A DNA stretch of 64,000 bases from the human T2T-CHM13v2.0 reference genome, Homo sapiens. The stretch is from assembly GCF_009914755.1 (NCBI RefSeq), contig NC_060932.1; one strand, written 5' to 3'. A model generated the notes under the pieces. That model searched no databases, was not told the DNA's origin, and saw only the letters and a list, made by a program, of their open reading frames with translations. Below are positions 1 to 32,720 of this stretch, in pieces. Position 1 is the stretch's first letter, and each line of letters starts with the position of its first letter. The translations under genes were made by a program, and so were the position numbers.

Positions 1-196
1 GTTTGAGACCTGCCTGACCAACACAGTGAAACCCCGTCTCTGCTAAAAATATAAAAATTAGCTGGGCGTGGTGGCGGGAGGCTAAGGCAGGGGAATCACT
101 TGAACCCAGGAGGTGGAGTTTGTAGTGAGCCAAGATCATGCCATTGCACTCCAGCCTGGGCAACAGAGCGAGACTGTGTCTCAAAAAAAAAAAAAA
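1..196 (+). mobile_element. Alu (cut by window edge) followed by a (CAC)n tract
   Basis: Alu consensus and poly(A); CAC repeats at about 198-225. Confidence 0.9.
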
Positions 197-1099
197 AACC
201 ACTACCACCACCACCACCACCACCAACAAAATGACAGTCATCACACTAGCATCCTCCCCACCCCCTCATCCCCAGATCCACTGGAAAAATGGAGGAAAGT
301 CTGGTGGGGACACTCCTTTAGCCCACTCGTGTGGAGTAGGGGCACACACCAGTGAAGGTGTGGAAGCCAGCCCTTCATGCCTGTGTCTCCCCCCATTTTA
401 GACAATCAATGTTTCAGTTGACTGTTCCGCTTCCCTATCAAATTATTACTCTAAGGAGGGTATCTCTCTGCCCATTGCTAAACATTATGCACTGAACGGC
501 ATGTTTCTTGGTCCAAGGAAGTGCGACTTAGTGGTCCAAACTAGAATAATACCTTATTTCAGTTCTTTTATATTAATAGCACTCTGGGCATTTGCAGCCT
601 CCACCAGGTAAGCAAAAGACAATCCACAGTCAGTTTCTGTTCCTGTCAAGACTCACCTGTACCCCCCAGGGCACTGCCCTCAGTCTCACTTTCCAAGTAT
701 GTTGAGGGCCTCCTCATCAGGGAATCTGCCTCATAGCTATAGGCAGTCTCTGTCTCTCCCGCTGCTAGACAGAACAGCTCTTATTGGCATTATGTGCCTG
801 AGAGAGAGCAAGAGGAATGTGTTTCGATTCAGCCCATCTCTGCGTCACTGTGGTTCCCCCATAACCACTCCTTTTATTTAATGGCCTCTGGTGACCACCT
901 CAAGGGAGTACATGGTGGGTGGTATCTCTTGCTGATGTCAATCACTTTCCAAACCTGAGGCAGGTTCTACTGAGCAGTATGGATGTGTCCTACTTTAATG
1001 CGCTCCTCAAGTCCCCCTAGAGATTGCCATAGGGTCAGGCCTCATATGGACATCCCTTCAATAGGCCAGTTTTCCATTATTCTTGGAAACAATGGGGAA

Positions 1100-1839
<740 letters not shown>

Positions 1840-3827
1840 TTCTGCTTCCCAACTCTATGACCAAGACGTTGAGGACTGTTCATGAGCCAGAAAACAACTC
1901 AAGTACAGGGGCTTTTGCTGCTGTCAAATCTTCCATCACGCTAGGAAAACAGCATGCAATCCAACCCACCTAGCCAATTTGCCTTTGCCTTCTTCCATCA
2001 GAGGGGTGGCCTTCCAAATAGGATGTTGACCATTCACCTAGGAATGACTGTCTACAAACTAAGTAGCTCTTGGTTGGTCAGTAAAGAGCTGCGTATAGGG
2101 CAGTGTCCAAGTGACCACAGAATCCAGCAGCTCCTCACTCAGTTCCAGACTCAGTCTGTGGGGAACAGAGGCTCCCTGCTCATGAGTGTCTCCTCTTTGC
2201 CTTCCTCAGGCACCAGGATCCCGTATCAACCATTTCCATTTTGTAATAGAACTCTTCGGGGACTGCCCTCCCCGTTAGAGCTTTTCCAAGATCTCTGAAG
2301 ACATCATGAGTTTTTCAGGTTTCAAGATTATTTTATGTCCTTCAGTCACAGGGGGAGCTTCAGCTAGTGTTCCATCGTAAGCTAGTAAGTGCCTCTCAAA
2401 TGGAAACTTTATAGTCTAAAGGCCCAGTTCCCTGGAGGTGCTCACAGCCTTTTGCCATTAGCCCTAGGCAGTGCTCCACACAGGGCACAGAGAATGTGTG
2501 TTACCTGCAGTCTGGTTTCTAGTCTACACTGTGTAGTCCACCCTCCAGGGCCAAGGGGCCTGGAGTGCTCTAAAGACTTTCCTGCAGGCCCTCGTGGCTC
2601 TGTGTTAATGCTGTCAGTCTTCCTGAAGTCCTGTCCTCTCACCTCCTGCCTAGATCTGCCCCCAGCACACATTCCTGACTCCACACATTTCTCAGTGCCT
2701 GCGACCTGGCACACATTTCTGATCCGAACTCAGTGCCTGGGGCCTGGCAGGTGCCCAGGGCACTCCATTGCTCAAATCCAAGCCTGTGGAGAGGATGACA
2801 TATCATTCCCAGGTTTCTGATGAGCAGAAAAAAAAATCTTTGTTTCTATAGTGCTATCCTCTTTTATCCACCATGTGAGAGGTCAGGAGCCGACTCACCC
2901 CAAGGGTCTAGGAGTTGTGCCATTGACCTTACTGCCTAGGGTCACAGGCTGGCACCCTTCAGTACCACACATTGGATCTCTCCACACAGCAGCAGTGTGC
3001 TTAACTCAATGGGGAGGTGAGTAGCCCAAGGTCAGATAGTTGGACCTGGATAGACACTTGACTGGGGGACAGGCTTTGGAAGCCACTCCCCTGGGCCTCC
3101 TCTGTCCATGGGGCCTCAATACTAGAGCCCACAAGGTCGGCCAGAGAATGTCTGTGCCTCGACCATGCAAAGGGTGCCAGGTTGTGGCTAGGGATGCCCC
3201 CGGGGTTCCTCTCCCTCCTACCTACTCCTCAGCCTCTGCATGTGCCCGTCATGGCCCCTGTGTCCTTCATTCTGTCCACTCATGTGTTCACTGGGCCCCT
3301 CCTTGGTGCCAGGCACCCGCTACTGAGGGATACCAAGCCCCTGCCAGAGAAGCTTGGAGCTGGGTCACAGCAGCAAGGAGGCTGGAGACATCAGTGGCAT
3401 CAGTGCACTGGTCAGTGAGGCCGCTGTGGGAGGAGGGAGTGGGAGCAGAAGCTAAGAGTGGACTGAAGTCCTTAGGCCAGGAAGTAGTTCAGGGTTTAAG
3501 AAGAGGAGAGACAGGCGTCCCGGGGAGGGAGCAGGCTCAGGATGGGCCTCCAGTGCCTCCTCTGGAGCTCACTACCCAGACTACAGCAGCGCAGTGGGCA
3601 GCGCCTCAGCTCCTTCCCCTTCTGCTGCCTACAGCCTGGACAGGACCCGGAATCAAACCGCAGGCCCTGGGTCACCGCTGCCGGAAAGAGCCAGTTCCTG
3701 TCCGTCCATGCACCCACCACCAAAACCCAGGCCTTCCTGGAGGTGCTAGGGGAGGCCATGCCCCTTTTCTGAGTGCTTGGAAGTGACTGCTGCAAGTGAC
3801 AAGTGACCACGCCTTTTCCCCCGCGGG

Positions 3828-3834
3828 TATAAAT
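3828..3834 (+). promoter_or_regulatory. TATA-like box of TNFRSF10C
   Basis: TATAAAT at the 5' edge of the CpG-rich region, about 230 nt upstream of the main ATG. Confidence 0.65.
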
Positions 3835-3939
3835 TCAGAGGCGCTGCGCTCCGATTCTGGCAGTGCAGCTGTGGGAACCTCTCCACGCGCACGAACTCAG
3901 CCAACGATTTCTGATAGATTTTTGGGAGTTTGACCAGAG

Positions 3940-4059
3940 ATGCAAGGGGTGAAGGAGCGCTTCCTACCGTTAGGGAACTCTGGGGACAGAGCGCCCCGGC
4001 CGCCTGATGGCCGAGGCAGGGTGCGACCCAGGACCCAGGACGGCGTCGGGAACCATACC
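3940..4059 (+). CDS. TNFRSF10C: In-frame upstream ATG, possible 40-aa N-terminal extension (299-aa form) of TNFRSF10C
   Basis: ATG at 3940 is 120 nt upstream, in frame, no stop; weaker Kozak (gagATGc). Confidence 0.5.
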
Positions 4060-17973
<13,914 letters not shown>

Positions 17974-18019
17974 AAGACTTCACTGTGGAAGAAATTCCTT
18001 CCTTACCTGAAAGGTTCAG
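17974..18019 (+). pseudogene. Vestigial juxtamembrane coding segment and fossil exon-5 donor of TNFRSF10C (now 3'UTR)
   Basis: In frame after TGA: KTSLWKKFLPYLKGSG, then GTAGGC. Aligns to TNFRSF10D exon 5 end RKKFISYLKGICSG|GTAGGT. Confidence 0.9.
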
Positions 18020-18598
18020 GTAGGCGCTGGCTGAGGGCGGGGGGCGCTGGACACTCTCTGCCCTGCCTCCCTCTGCTGTGTTCCCACAGACAGAAACGCC
18101 TGCCCCTGCCCCAAGTCCTGGTGTCTCCAGCCTGGCTCTATCTTCCTCCTTGTGATCGTCCCATCCCCACATCCCGTGCACCCCCCAGGACCCTGGTCTC
18201 ATCAGTCCCTCTCCTGGAGCTGGGGGTCCACACATCTCCCAGCCAAGTCCAAGAGGGCAGGGCCAGTTCCTCCCATCTTCAGGCCCAGCCAGGCAGGGGG
18301 CAGTCGGCTCCTCAACTGGGTGACAAGGGTGAGGATGAGAAGTGGTCACGGGATTTATTCAGCCTTGGTCAGAGCAGAACACAGAGATTTTCCGTGTGTT
18401 GGTTTTTACTCTAGTTCCCCTTCTCATCCCCCTTCCTCAGGGTGTCCCCTAATTGCAAGGCCCCATTCCTGTCCCCAGCCCCAGGGCTCCTTGTCCAGTG
18501 TCCCAGCCCCCAGCCCAGCCCTGTGCCCCACTGTCCTCTGGGAGGGAGGTGCTGCATGGGCCCCTCCCCACCTGCTAAGGAGACTCGTTCTCTTCCAA

Positions 18599-18630
18599 GT
18601 GGTGAAAGGGCCCCTGAGCGTGTAGACAGA
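18599..18630 (+). pseudogene. Fossil exon 6 of TNFRSF10C (32 nt, acceptor AG>AA)
   Basis: ttccAA|GTGGTGAAAGGGCCCCTGAGCGTGTAGACAGA|GTGACT vs 10D ttccAG|GTGGTGGAGGAGGTCCCGAACGTGTGCACAGA|GTGAGT. Confidence 0.9.
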
Positions 18631-19104
18631 GTGACTTGGTTTCTCCAGAAACTGGAAGCCTCATGGGCTGAGGAACTGCCTCCCACCCACAGCAGAGCCC
18701 TGGCGGACACAATCCCTTTTCCTCATGGCTGCCCTGACTCTCTGAAGTGGCTTGGGGTTCTGGGCTGACTGTGGGGGACACATGGCCATCTTGAGCATCA
18801 CACAGACCGGCGGGTCCTGCTGCAGTCCTGTCCTTCCTGTAGTCTTCACTCCACAGCCTCACTCCACAGTGAGTGACCCTCACTGGACACCCTCACTCCA
18901 CAGCCTGCAACCTGAGGATGGGGTGTCCGCCTGAGCACAGCATCGGGGGCCTGGCCCCAGCAGCGGGTCCTGGATGTGCTGAGATTGGGCTGCCTGGGTT
19001 GACCTCATTGGGAGGAGGTGGGGACGGCAGGTCCAGCTGCGTACTGGGGACCCTGCTGCAAGCCCTGGATGTGGACTCCTGAGTCAGTTCTTTGCCTTCC
19101 TGTG

Positions 19105-19225
19105 GTCTTTTTCCGGCACTCACATCGCCCACCAAGGCCTGGGTGGGTGAGAACAGTGCCCACAAGGAGACCCTGAGTAACAGAGACTCACAGCCCATCC
19201 AGGTCTCTGGGCAGGAAATTGAAGG
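19105..19225 (+). pseudogene. Fossil, truncated exon 7 of TNFRSF10C (acceptor lost, frameshift)
   Basis: VFFRHSHRPPRPG / ENSAHKETLSNRDSQPIQVSGQEIEG vs 10D VLFRRRSCPSRVPGAEDNARNETLSNRYLQPTQVSEQEIQG. Confidence 0.88.
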
Positions 19226-19357
19226 AATCATCACATTTTACAGAGGAGGAGACTGCAGCTCAGAGTGGGGGAAGTGTGTGCACCAGGCCACAGGCAAGTC
19301 TGTCCAGAGCACTGGTAGGAATGAGGGAAACTAGGAATGACCACTTTAAAAAGTTAG

Positions 19358-19761
<404 letters not shown>

Positions 19762-20029
19762 TTACGCGCATCACCCCCTCACCCCATGTCTGCTGTTGGG
19801 TCTCAGCACTGGGTGGAGGGAGGGGCAATAGTCCTGGTGAAGAGGAGGGGGGAGCGGCACCAGCTGGAGTGGGGCCTCTGCCGCTGCCTCTTCCTGCTGT
19901 GGTTTCTCCGGCTTAGACTGCCCCTCTCACCTGGCTTGTCTGTGGGGAGATCTTTGTTCTCTGGCTGCTTTTAAGACTTTCTCCTTAACAGTGGTTTCAG
20001 CAATTCGATTGAGGCAAAAAGGAGCTGCA

Positions 20030-20612
20030 GAAGCCATGTCTGTAGCATTTGTGGCCTCCCCTTCTGTATAATAGCAGCCATGTTTTGGCCTCTGCAGGGC
20101 TAAGGTCCTCTGAGCAGCTGCTTCTCCACATCTCTGCCATGCACTCGGCCTCGGAGCTCCTGGTGTTCCTCAGCAGAGTCCACAGGGCTCTTTGGGGTCC
20201 CCTCCCTGTGCTGTAGCCTGGAATCTGTGACCTGAGGCGGTGAGCTGAGGCCACCACTGGGCTCACCTCATGGGCTTGGAGGGAAAGTCACTCCCCCAGG
20301 AAGTAGGTGATGAGCCCTTTACTCTGAGAATGTCTGCGCCTGGTGGTGGTGGGAGGACAAATGAGCCCTGTGTCAGTCCTGCTCCCTGAAGCCCACAGTC
20401 TGGTGGAGGAGGTGTCACCAGGGACCTAAATAGCTATCAGGAAGCATGGGGGCCACCTCCCCGCTCCCTGCACCTCCAGAGAGACTGCCGGCTCCAGGAA
20501 TGTCATCCCTCCCTACTTGACTCTGGCAGAGGGAGGCTGTGCCGTTGCAAGGCCCCAGGTCAAGATATTGGTGGCCTGGAGGATGTGATTTCATTAAAGT
20601 CAACATTGAGGG
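20030..20612 (+). repeat. Third paralogous copy of an intron-1 segment
   Basis: Aligns to 6845-7325 (+) and 60910-61450 (-), e.g. CCTCAGCAGAGTCCACAGGGCTCTT and GAGCCCTTTACTCTGAGAA. Confidence 0.88.
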
Positions 20613-21380
20613 GAATGATTGTACTAACAACAGCATGTGCTGAAATACAGTACTTGCGCGTGCCAAGCTCTGTTCTCAGCACTTTATACACATATGAACA
20701 CACTTAATCCTCATACAACCAGACTGTACAGGAACCCTCATTGTCCTTGTCTTAGACAAGCAGCGTGAGACGCAGAACATTCGTTCAGTGGAGGGGCTGG
20801 GCACGGAGATGAGTGACCCTGAGGGGCAGCAGCAATGATTGGGTCACTGGGTTCTGCTGACCTTTCCCAGGGGAGTATTTGGTGCTTGTTCGTGAGGCCT
20901 GCATTCACCTAGCGCTGGGTCACAGCTGGGGGTCCCTGAGAAGTCATTTAAGGTCACCTCTTATTTCAGGAATGAAACATATTTAGATAAGAAGTGGCTT
21001 CCCCTGGACCGTGATGCTGGCCCAAGACTACAAGACAGATGGCTTGCTTCTTAATCCAAGGTTCTTCTTATACCAAAAGAACAAAGAAAGAAAAAAGCCA
21101 CAAAAGACTCAAAAGAAGCAGATTTCCCACCACAGCACAACCTCAGAACAATTCTGAGTTGCTCATTTTAAGATCAACGAGGCATTTTTAGGGCATGTAT
21201 GCCTGAGAGAGGAAATCAATGTGAACGGCAAACTTCCCTCTAAAACAGCCTAATACAACACTGGTCCAGGAGGAACAAGGCAAGGAAACCCCCTGGTGAA
21301 TGACTCATCTCAGGAAGAGGCAGGGCAGGGTCAGGAGAGTCTATGGAGGAGAAGACCTGGAACAAGACCTCTCTCTCTTG

Positions 21381-21387
<7 letters not shown>

Positions 21388-21423
<36 letters not shown>
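21388..21423. repeat. (CA)n microsatellite
   Basis: Direct reading. Confidence 0.95.
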
Positions 21424-21426
<3 letters not shown>

Positions 21427-21989
21427 CACACCCCTATGAGCCCAAATCTATGAATTGAGAACCTCATTCTCTGACCTCACCTTCCATCTCCCTCAATCAG
21501 AGATGCCCACAAACCTCAGAGCTGTGTCCCAGCATCACTTGTTTTGACTCCCGTCCCCAACTGCCTTGACTTCCTGTCTGCCTGGGAACCTGTCTGTGTG
21601 GACTTTTCCCTCTATGTCCACCAGTGTCCTGTCACCAGTGGCATTTGTCACCTCTGCCTGGGCAGCCCCACATGACTCTTTGCACCTTCATGGACTTTGG
21701 GGTTATTGATGTATGTGCCTCATCTCCCTGTGAACTGGAACTGTCCTAAGGAAAGGGAGGGTCGTGCCTTATTCCTGATACTCCACGATTCCTTGTATAG
21801 TGTGGCCACCAGGCACTGACATGCTCTCCTTGGATGAATGAGTACTGTGGGTTCTAGGAAGCCCGCATGAATGCAGATGTGATGTCCTCAGCCTTTCATA
21901 GACATGTTTCATGTGAGAGGTGGGAAGAGCAGCTGAACAGAAGGCTGAGGACTGCCCAGGTCCAGAGTCACCAAGAGCTTGTTGTCAGG

Positions 21990-23405
21990 TTTTCACTTGC
22001 TATTCGCAGAGATTTTTTTTAAAGGCACTATTTGTAGTGTTAAAAGGGTGAATTTATCAGAAGGCATAATAATCATAAATGTGTATATGCCTAATAATAG
22101 AACTTTAAAAGGCATGAAGCAACACTCAAAAGGATTAAAGGGAGATCATCTCACCCCCTTCTTACCAATTGATAGAATGATCTGATGAAAACAGTAAAAT
22201 AACAACAGATCTGAACACTGTCAACCATCTTGACAAATACTTATGCCTAGTGTTCCATTATTGGAACACTAAACATGTGGAATGATTTATATCCTACTGC
22301 TCAAGGTCATCACCAAGGTCTAATTGTAAAATTTCAAAAAATTGCAACCTCAGGCATAAATGGGTTAATCGACATTTATAGCACACACATGCAACATGTA
22401 CCAGAGATTCCTTCTTTTCTATGAACATGGTACTTCCACCAAGATAGACCACATTGTGAACTATAAAACAAATCTAAAAACATTTGAAATGAAGGAAATT
22501 ATATAAAATATGTTCTCTGATCTCAATGAAATTAAATTAATAACTATATCTAGAAAAACTCCCAATATGTGAATATTAAGCAACATACTTATAAAAAATT
22601 CATAGTTCATGGATGAAATCAAAAGAGAATTCAAAATATTTCAAAATAAATTATGATGATTATATAAAATGTAGAAATGTGTGGGATGCCACTACACCAG
22701 TTCTTAGAGTGAAATGCACAGCTTTCAAGGCTTCTGTTAAAAGAGTTGGGAATTACAAAACAAGGAGCAGCGACTGCCAATGGGTGTGGAGTCTTTTTTG
22801 GGGTGATGATGAAAATGTTCAAAAATTGATTTTATTGATGGTTACACACGTCTATAAATATATTTAAACGGAAGAATTATATGATATATATGTGATATAT
22901 GAAGTATATCTCTGTAAAATTCCTAAGGATTAAAAGAAGAATGGTATCACAATCAATGACTCAGAGGTCTGCATTACTCACCCATAACATAAGTGTAAAT
23001 TAAACTCAGAGGCAGTAGCAGGAAGGGAAAGAAATAATAGAGTAGAAATTAATGAAATAGAATACAAAGAATAAAAGGAATCAACAAGCCAAGAGTTGGG
23101 TCTCAGAAATGATCAACACAATTAATAAAATTAATAAACCAAACCTCAAAAGAAAAAGAACAATGGCATGAAACACCAATATCAAGAATTAATGATGGGA
23201 TATTATTACAAACTCTACAGCTATTACAAGGATAATAGTGGGATCTGATGAATAACTTTATGCGAAAAAAATTCAACAACTTAGGTGAAATAGAGAAATT
23301 TCTTGAAAAACCCTACTTAGCAAAATAGTCACAAGAGGTAAAGATCATTTAAATATTTCTACAGCTATCTAAGAATTGGAATTTATCATTTAAAAGCTTA
23401 CAATG
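21990..23405 (+). mobile_element. Old degenerate L1M ORF2 fragments
   Basis: INVYMPNNR peptide; CACCAAGATAGACCACAT; GAAATTTCTTGAAAA. Confidence 0.65.
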
Positions 23406-23409
23406 ATGA

Positions 23410-27493
<4,084 letters not shown>

Positions 27494-27660
27494 TGAAGGG
27501 TCTCAGATGAAAAAGGTGAATGAATATCAGTGAATGTCACTTGTTTCTTTTTATATTCTTTAAACGAGGCTGTACAAAACATAAGCTCGTATTCCTGGCC
27601 CTCTCTCTCTCTAAGGAAGGCGGTGTGCCGTGTGATGCACACACATTTTATTGAATCCCA

Positions 27661-28682
<1,022 letters not shown>

Positions 28683-29234
28683 CCCTCGCAGTCCTGAGAT
28701 CTGGGTGGGGTTGCTCCCTCTTGGGGTGACTTATTGCTCAGGATCTGTTTGCCCCACCTACCTCTGCCCCGGCCTCAGGGAATGAGGCTGAGCTGGGTGT
28801 AAACAGAGATCCCCCCCACAGACCCTGCGGTTTCCACAGATGCAGAAGTGGCCACCCTGGGACCTGCTCCCATGACAAGCGCAGCCCAGGCAGCCTCCTC
28901 CCTCCTCTGAGCTCCTGCTGCAGCCACTGTCTCTCCCTCCCTCGGACTCTCACCCACTTTGCTTTCAGCCTCACTGGATGGGTTCTCAGCCCTGTGTGAG
29001 GGCTGATTCTCTGATGACCTTGACTCCCTGCAGCGCCTTGGGTGTCAGGGAGGCCAGGCAGTGTGGGCGCGCTCTCTATGGATGGGAAGCAGGTGGGCGC
29101 TGGAGCAGTAGGTTCATCCATGCAGGGGGCTCTCCAGGTTCCCCCCTTGGGTTCTGGGCCTAATGTGGGAACTTCTGTCCTTTCTGAACTGAGTCCCAAT
29201 TCACCTGGCTCTCTACATGGCTTTCTCCACCCAG

Positions 29235-29460
29235 CTCAGAGGCTGTGCTTCTACAACTTTGGACAGATCCTACCCTTTAACTCCTGGAACCCGCTCATGA
29301 GGCAGCCGAGCCTCATGGACAATGAGATCCTCATGGCCAGAGCTGATGCAGCGATCCCTGGGAATGCCTTGTACGGATGCTAGTGAGATGGGTCAGCAAA
29401 ACCAGGTGGGGCCCCTTGGTCCACACCCTGCAGGATGCCTTGGAAACACTGGCAGAAAGA
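29235..29460 (+). pseudogene. Death-domain pseudo-exon of a TRAIL receptor (DR4/DR5-like last exon)
   Basis: Acceptor ctttctccacccAG; QRLCFYNFGQILPFNSWNPLMRQPSLMDNEILMARADAAIPGNALY [-1 nt] MLVRWVSKTRWGPLVHTLQDALETLAER, colinear with the DR5/DR4 death domain as I recall it. Confidence 0.92.
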
Positions 29461-29501
29461 TGTATTTACAGGCATAATTATTTTTTAAAAACTCTGAAGC
29501 T

Positions 29502-29819
<318 letters not shown>

Positions 29820-30214
29820 TTAGATGTTTTGGTCAATACATTCATTTGTCTCATTCTTTTTAACAAAAGCATAGTAGCTTCTTTCATAGTGGAACTATGG
29901 TCCATTCTACTGTTGCCTTCTGTGGGTAGTTGCATTTGTTTTTGAAAATTCTAACAGCAATCATCTTGTAGGTATCACATATCCAGATAGTCATGTGCAC
30001 TACTTAAAAGCAGAATTGCGGAGTCGATGAGTTAATGATTTAAAAATTTTGTTTAGATTTTGACAAATTGTCCTCCAAAAGAAAATTACAACAAGTTTAC
30101 TCTCACACCAAGAGTCCTACACCCTTGCTACTCTGAACTTTCATTCTTTGCTAGTCTAACAAGTAAACAATGGTGCATCTCACTGTTGTGGTTTTGATTT
30201 CTCAGCATTATTTG

Positions 30215-31080
30215 AGGATTTTCCAGGGTCCGGGAGTTTTCTGAGACTGAGTGTAAATGATCCGCAGACCTCAGATGAGATGGCAGAGGAGGGTGGCAGG
30301 GAAGACTGAATTCCCAGCTGTGCACTTGGAAAACCGTGGTCAGCTGGGGCCAGTCCCCACCACCTGCCATGGCTGTGAATGGAGATAAGGTCTCTGTCCT
30401 CAAGCTGTCAGGATGACCTCAAATGAGTCTGGAGCTGAACTCAGTTCCTGACCCCAGGTCCTCGCTCTGTCAGTGCTGGGCTGGTCCAATCTCTGTACCA
30501 GGTCCTTCCACCCCGCCCCTCTGTCTATCAAAGTGAGAACTGAGAAATTCTGAAGGCTCAGAAGCTTAGACACTCAGGCTGTCAAAGAGCCCAGAGATTG
30601 GAGGCTAAAGACGGCCAGGGTTGGCGGTGCTCCTCTTCAACTCTGTGACTCTGGTGTGGCCCAGCTCCTTCTTGTAAAATAAGACAGAGAGGCCTTATTT
30701 ATGCAGAGGGCCTGTATAAACCGCAGTGGACTGTGTTGGCAGTGTGAGGTTGTGTGGGAGGACAAACCACATCCTCAGGGCTTGTGTCAGTCACTCTGGA
30801 CTGGATTCCCAGGGCACATGTCCTCCACCCAGCAGAAGCTGCACCTGCTCCTACCTGCGCCTCAGTACCGGCTCCCTCAGCTTGGGGCAGAAGCTTCTAA
30901 AGACTAGGTTGGAGTGCCATGGGGAGGGGCCATGGAGGAACAGAGGTGCCAGACTGCAAGTGAGGACAGCGATGGCACTACAGGGCCACAGCCTGGTTTA
31001 CCTGCCATATTTCCAGTTGTCCTTCTGGTGGGTGCCCTGCCCAGGTTGCAGTTTGAAGAGTGAGCAGGAAAGGTGTCTGT
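30215..31080 (+). repeat. Third paralogous copy of another intron-1 segment
   Basis: Aligns to 5722-6555 (+) and 61745-62595 (-). The ORF track shows the same spurious peptide RTAMALQGHSLVYLP in all three copies. Confidence 0.92.
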
Positions 31081-31659
31081 CGCTCCCACATCTAGGTAAT
31101 GTAAAAGCTAAACCCTCCAGGGGAACTGTAAAAGTTGGGGTACTATATGGGTGGCCTAAGCACTTGACTCCTCGGGGGAGAAGCTGGGGGTTGGGAGTTT
31201 TCTCCTGATGCGCAGCAGTGTACACGGGGTGGTGTTTGTGTGTGAATGTGTCCCAGCTTTTCCTGTCCATTTCAATGTGGAGTTTTCTCAGTTCCCCATG
31301 TGTAGGAGTCTCTCCACTAGTTTCTGGGTTTCTCTCAGATAAAACTGATTCATGTGTAGATGTTTATTTGGTGCTTCCACAAAGAGAGGAAAAGTGGAGA
31401 GCCTCCTGTAGAATTATCTTGTTGATGACAAAAACCTGGTTTTCCTGGTTTTAAACCTAACTTAGCTTCACTCATGGGTACTGTGCAGAGCTAGGTGGGG
31501 GGAAACAGACTCTGAGGGATAATTTACCTTGTATAATGGAGCAAGAATTACCAGCTCAGGGACTATAAGGAGGATTAAATGAGATGTGTGTGAAATGTAC
31601 TACATACACTACCCGATGATATATAAGGTGAGTCAGGAATACAAATTTATATTTTCTGG

Positions 31660-32720
<1,061 letters not shown>

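Noticed and set aside
113-355. Poly-His / poly-Thr ORFs
   Set aside because: Translation of an Alu tail and (CAC)n microsatellite
3040-3786. 248-aa ORF upstream of TNFRSF10C
   Set aside because: Non-ATG start, GC-rich promoter-proximal DNA, no recognisable domain; the length is plausible by chance
28880-28935. Minus-strand CAGAGGAGGGAGGAGGCTGC resembling TNFRSF10D exon 8 (QRRRLL)
   Set aside because: Short purine-rich match, opposite orientation to the nearby fossil exon, no splice sites or extended similarity
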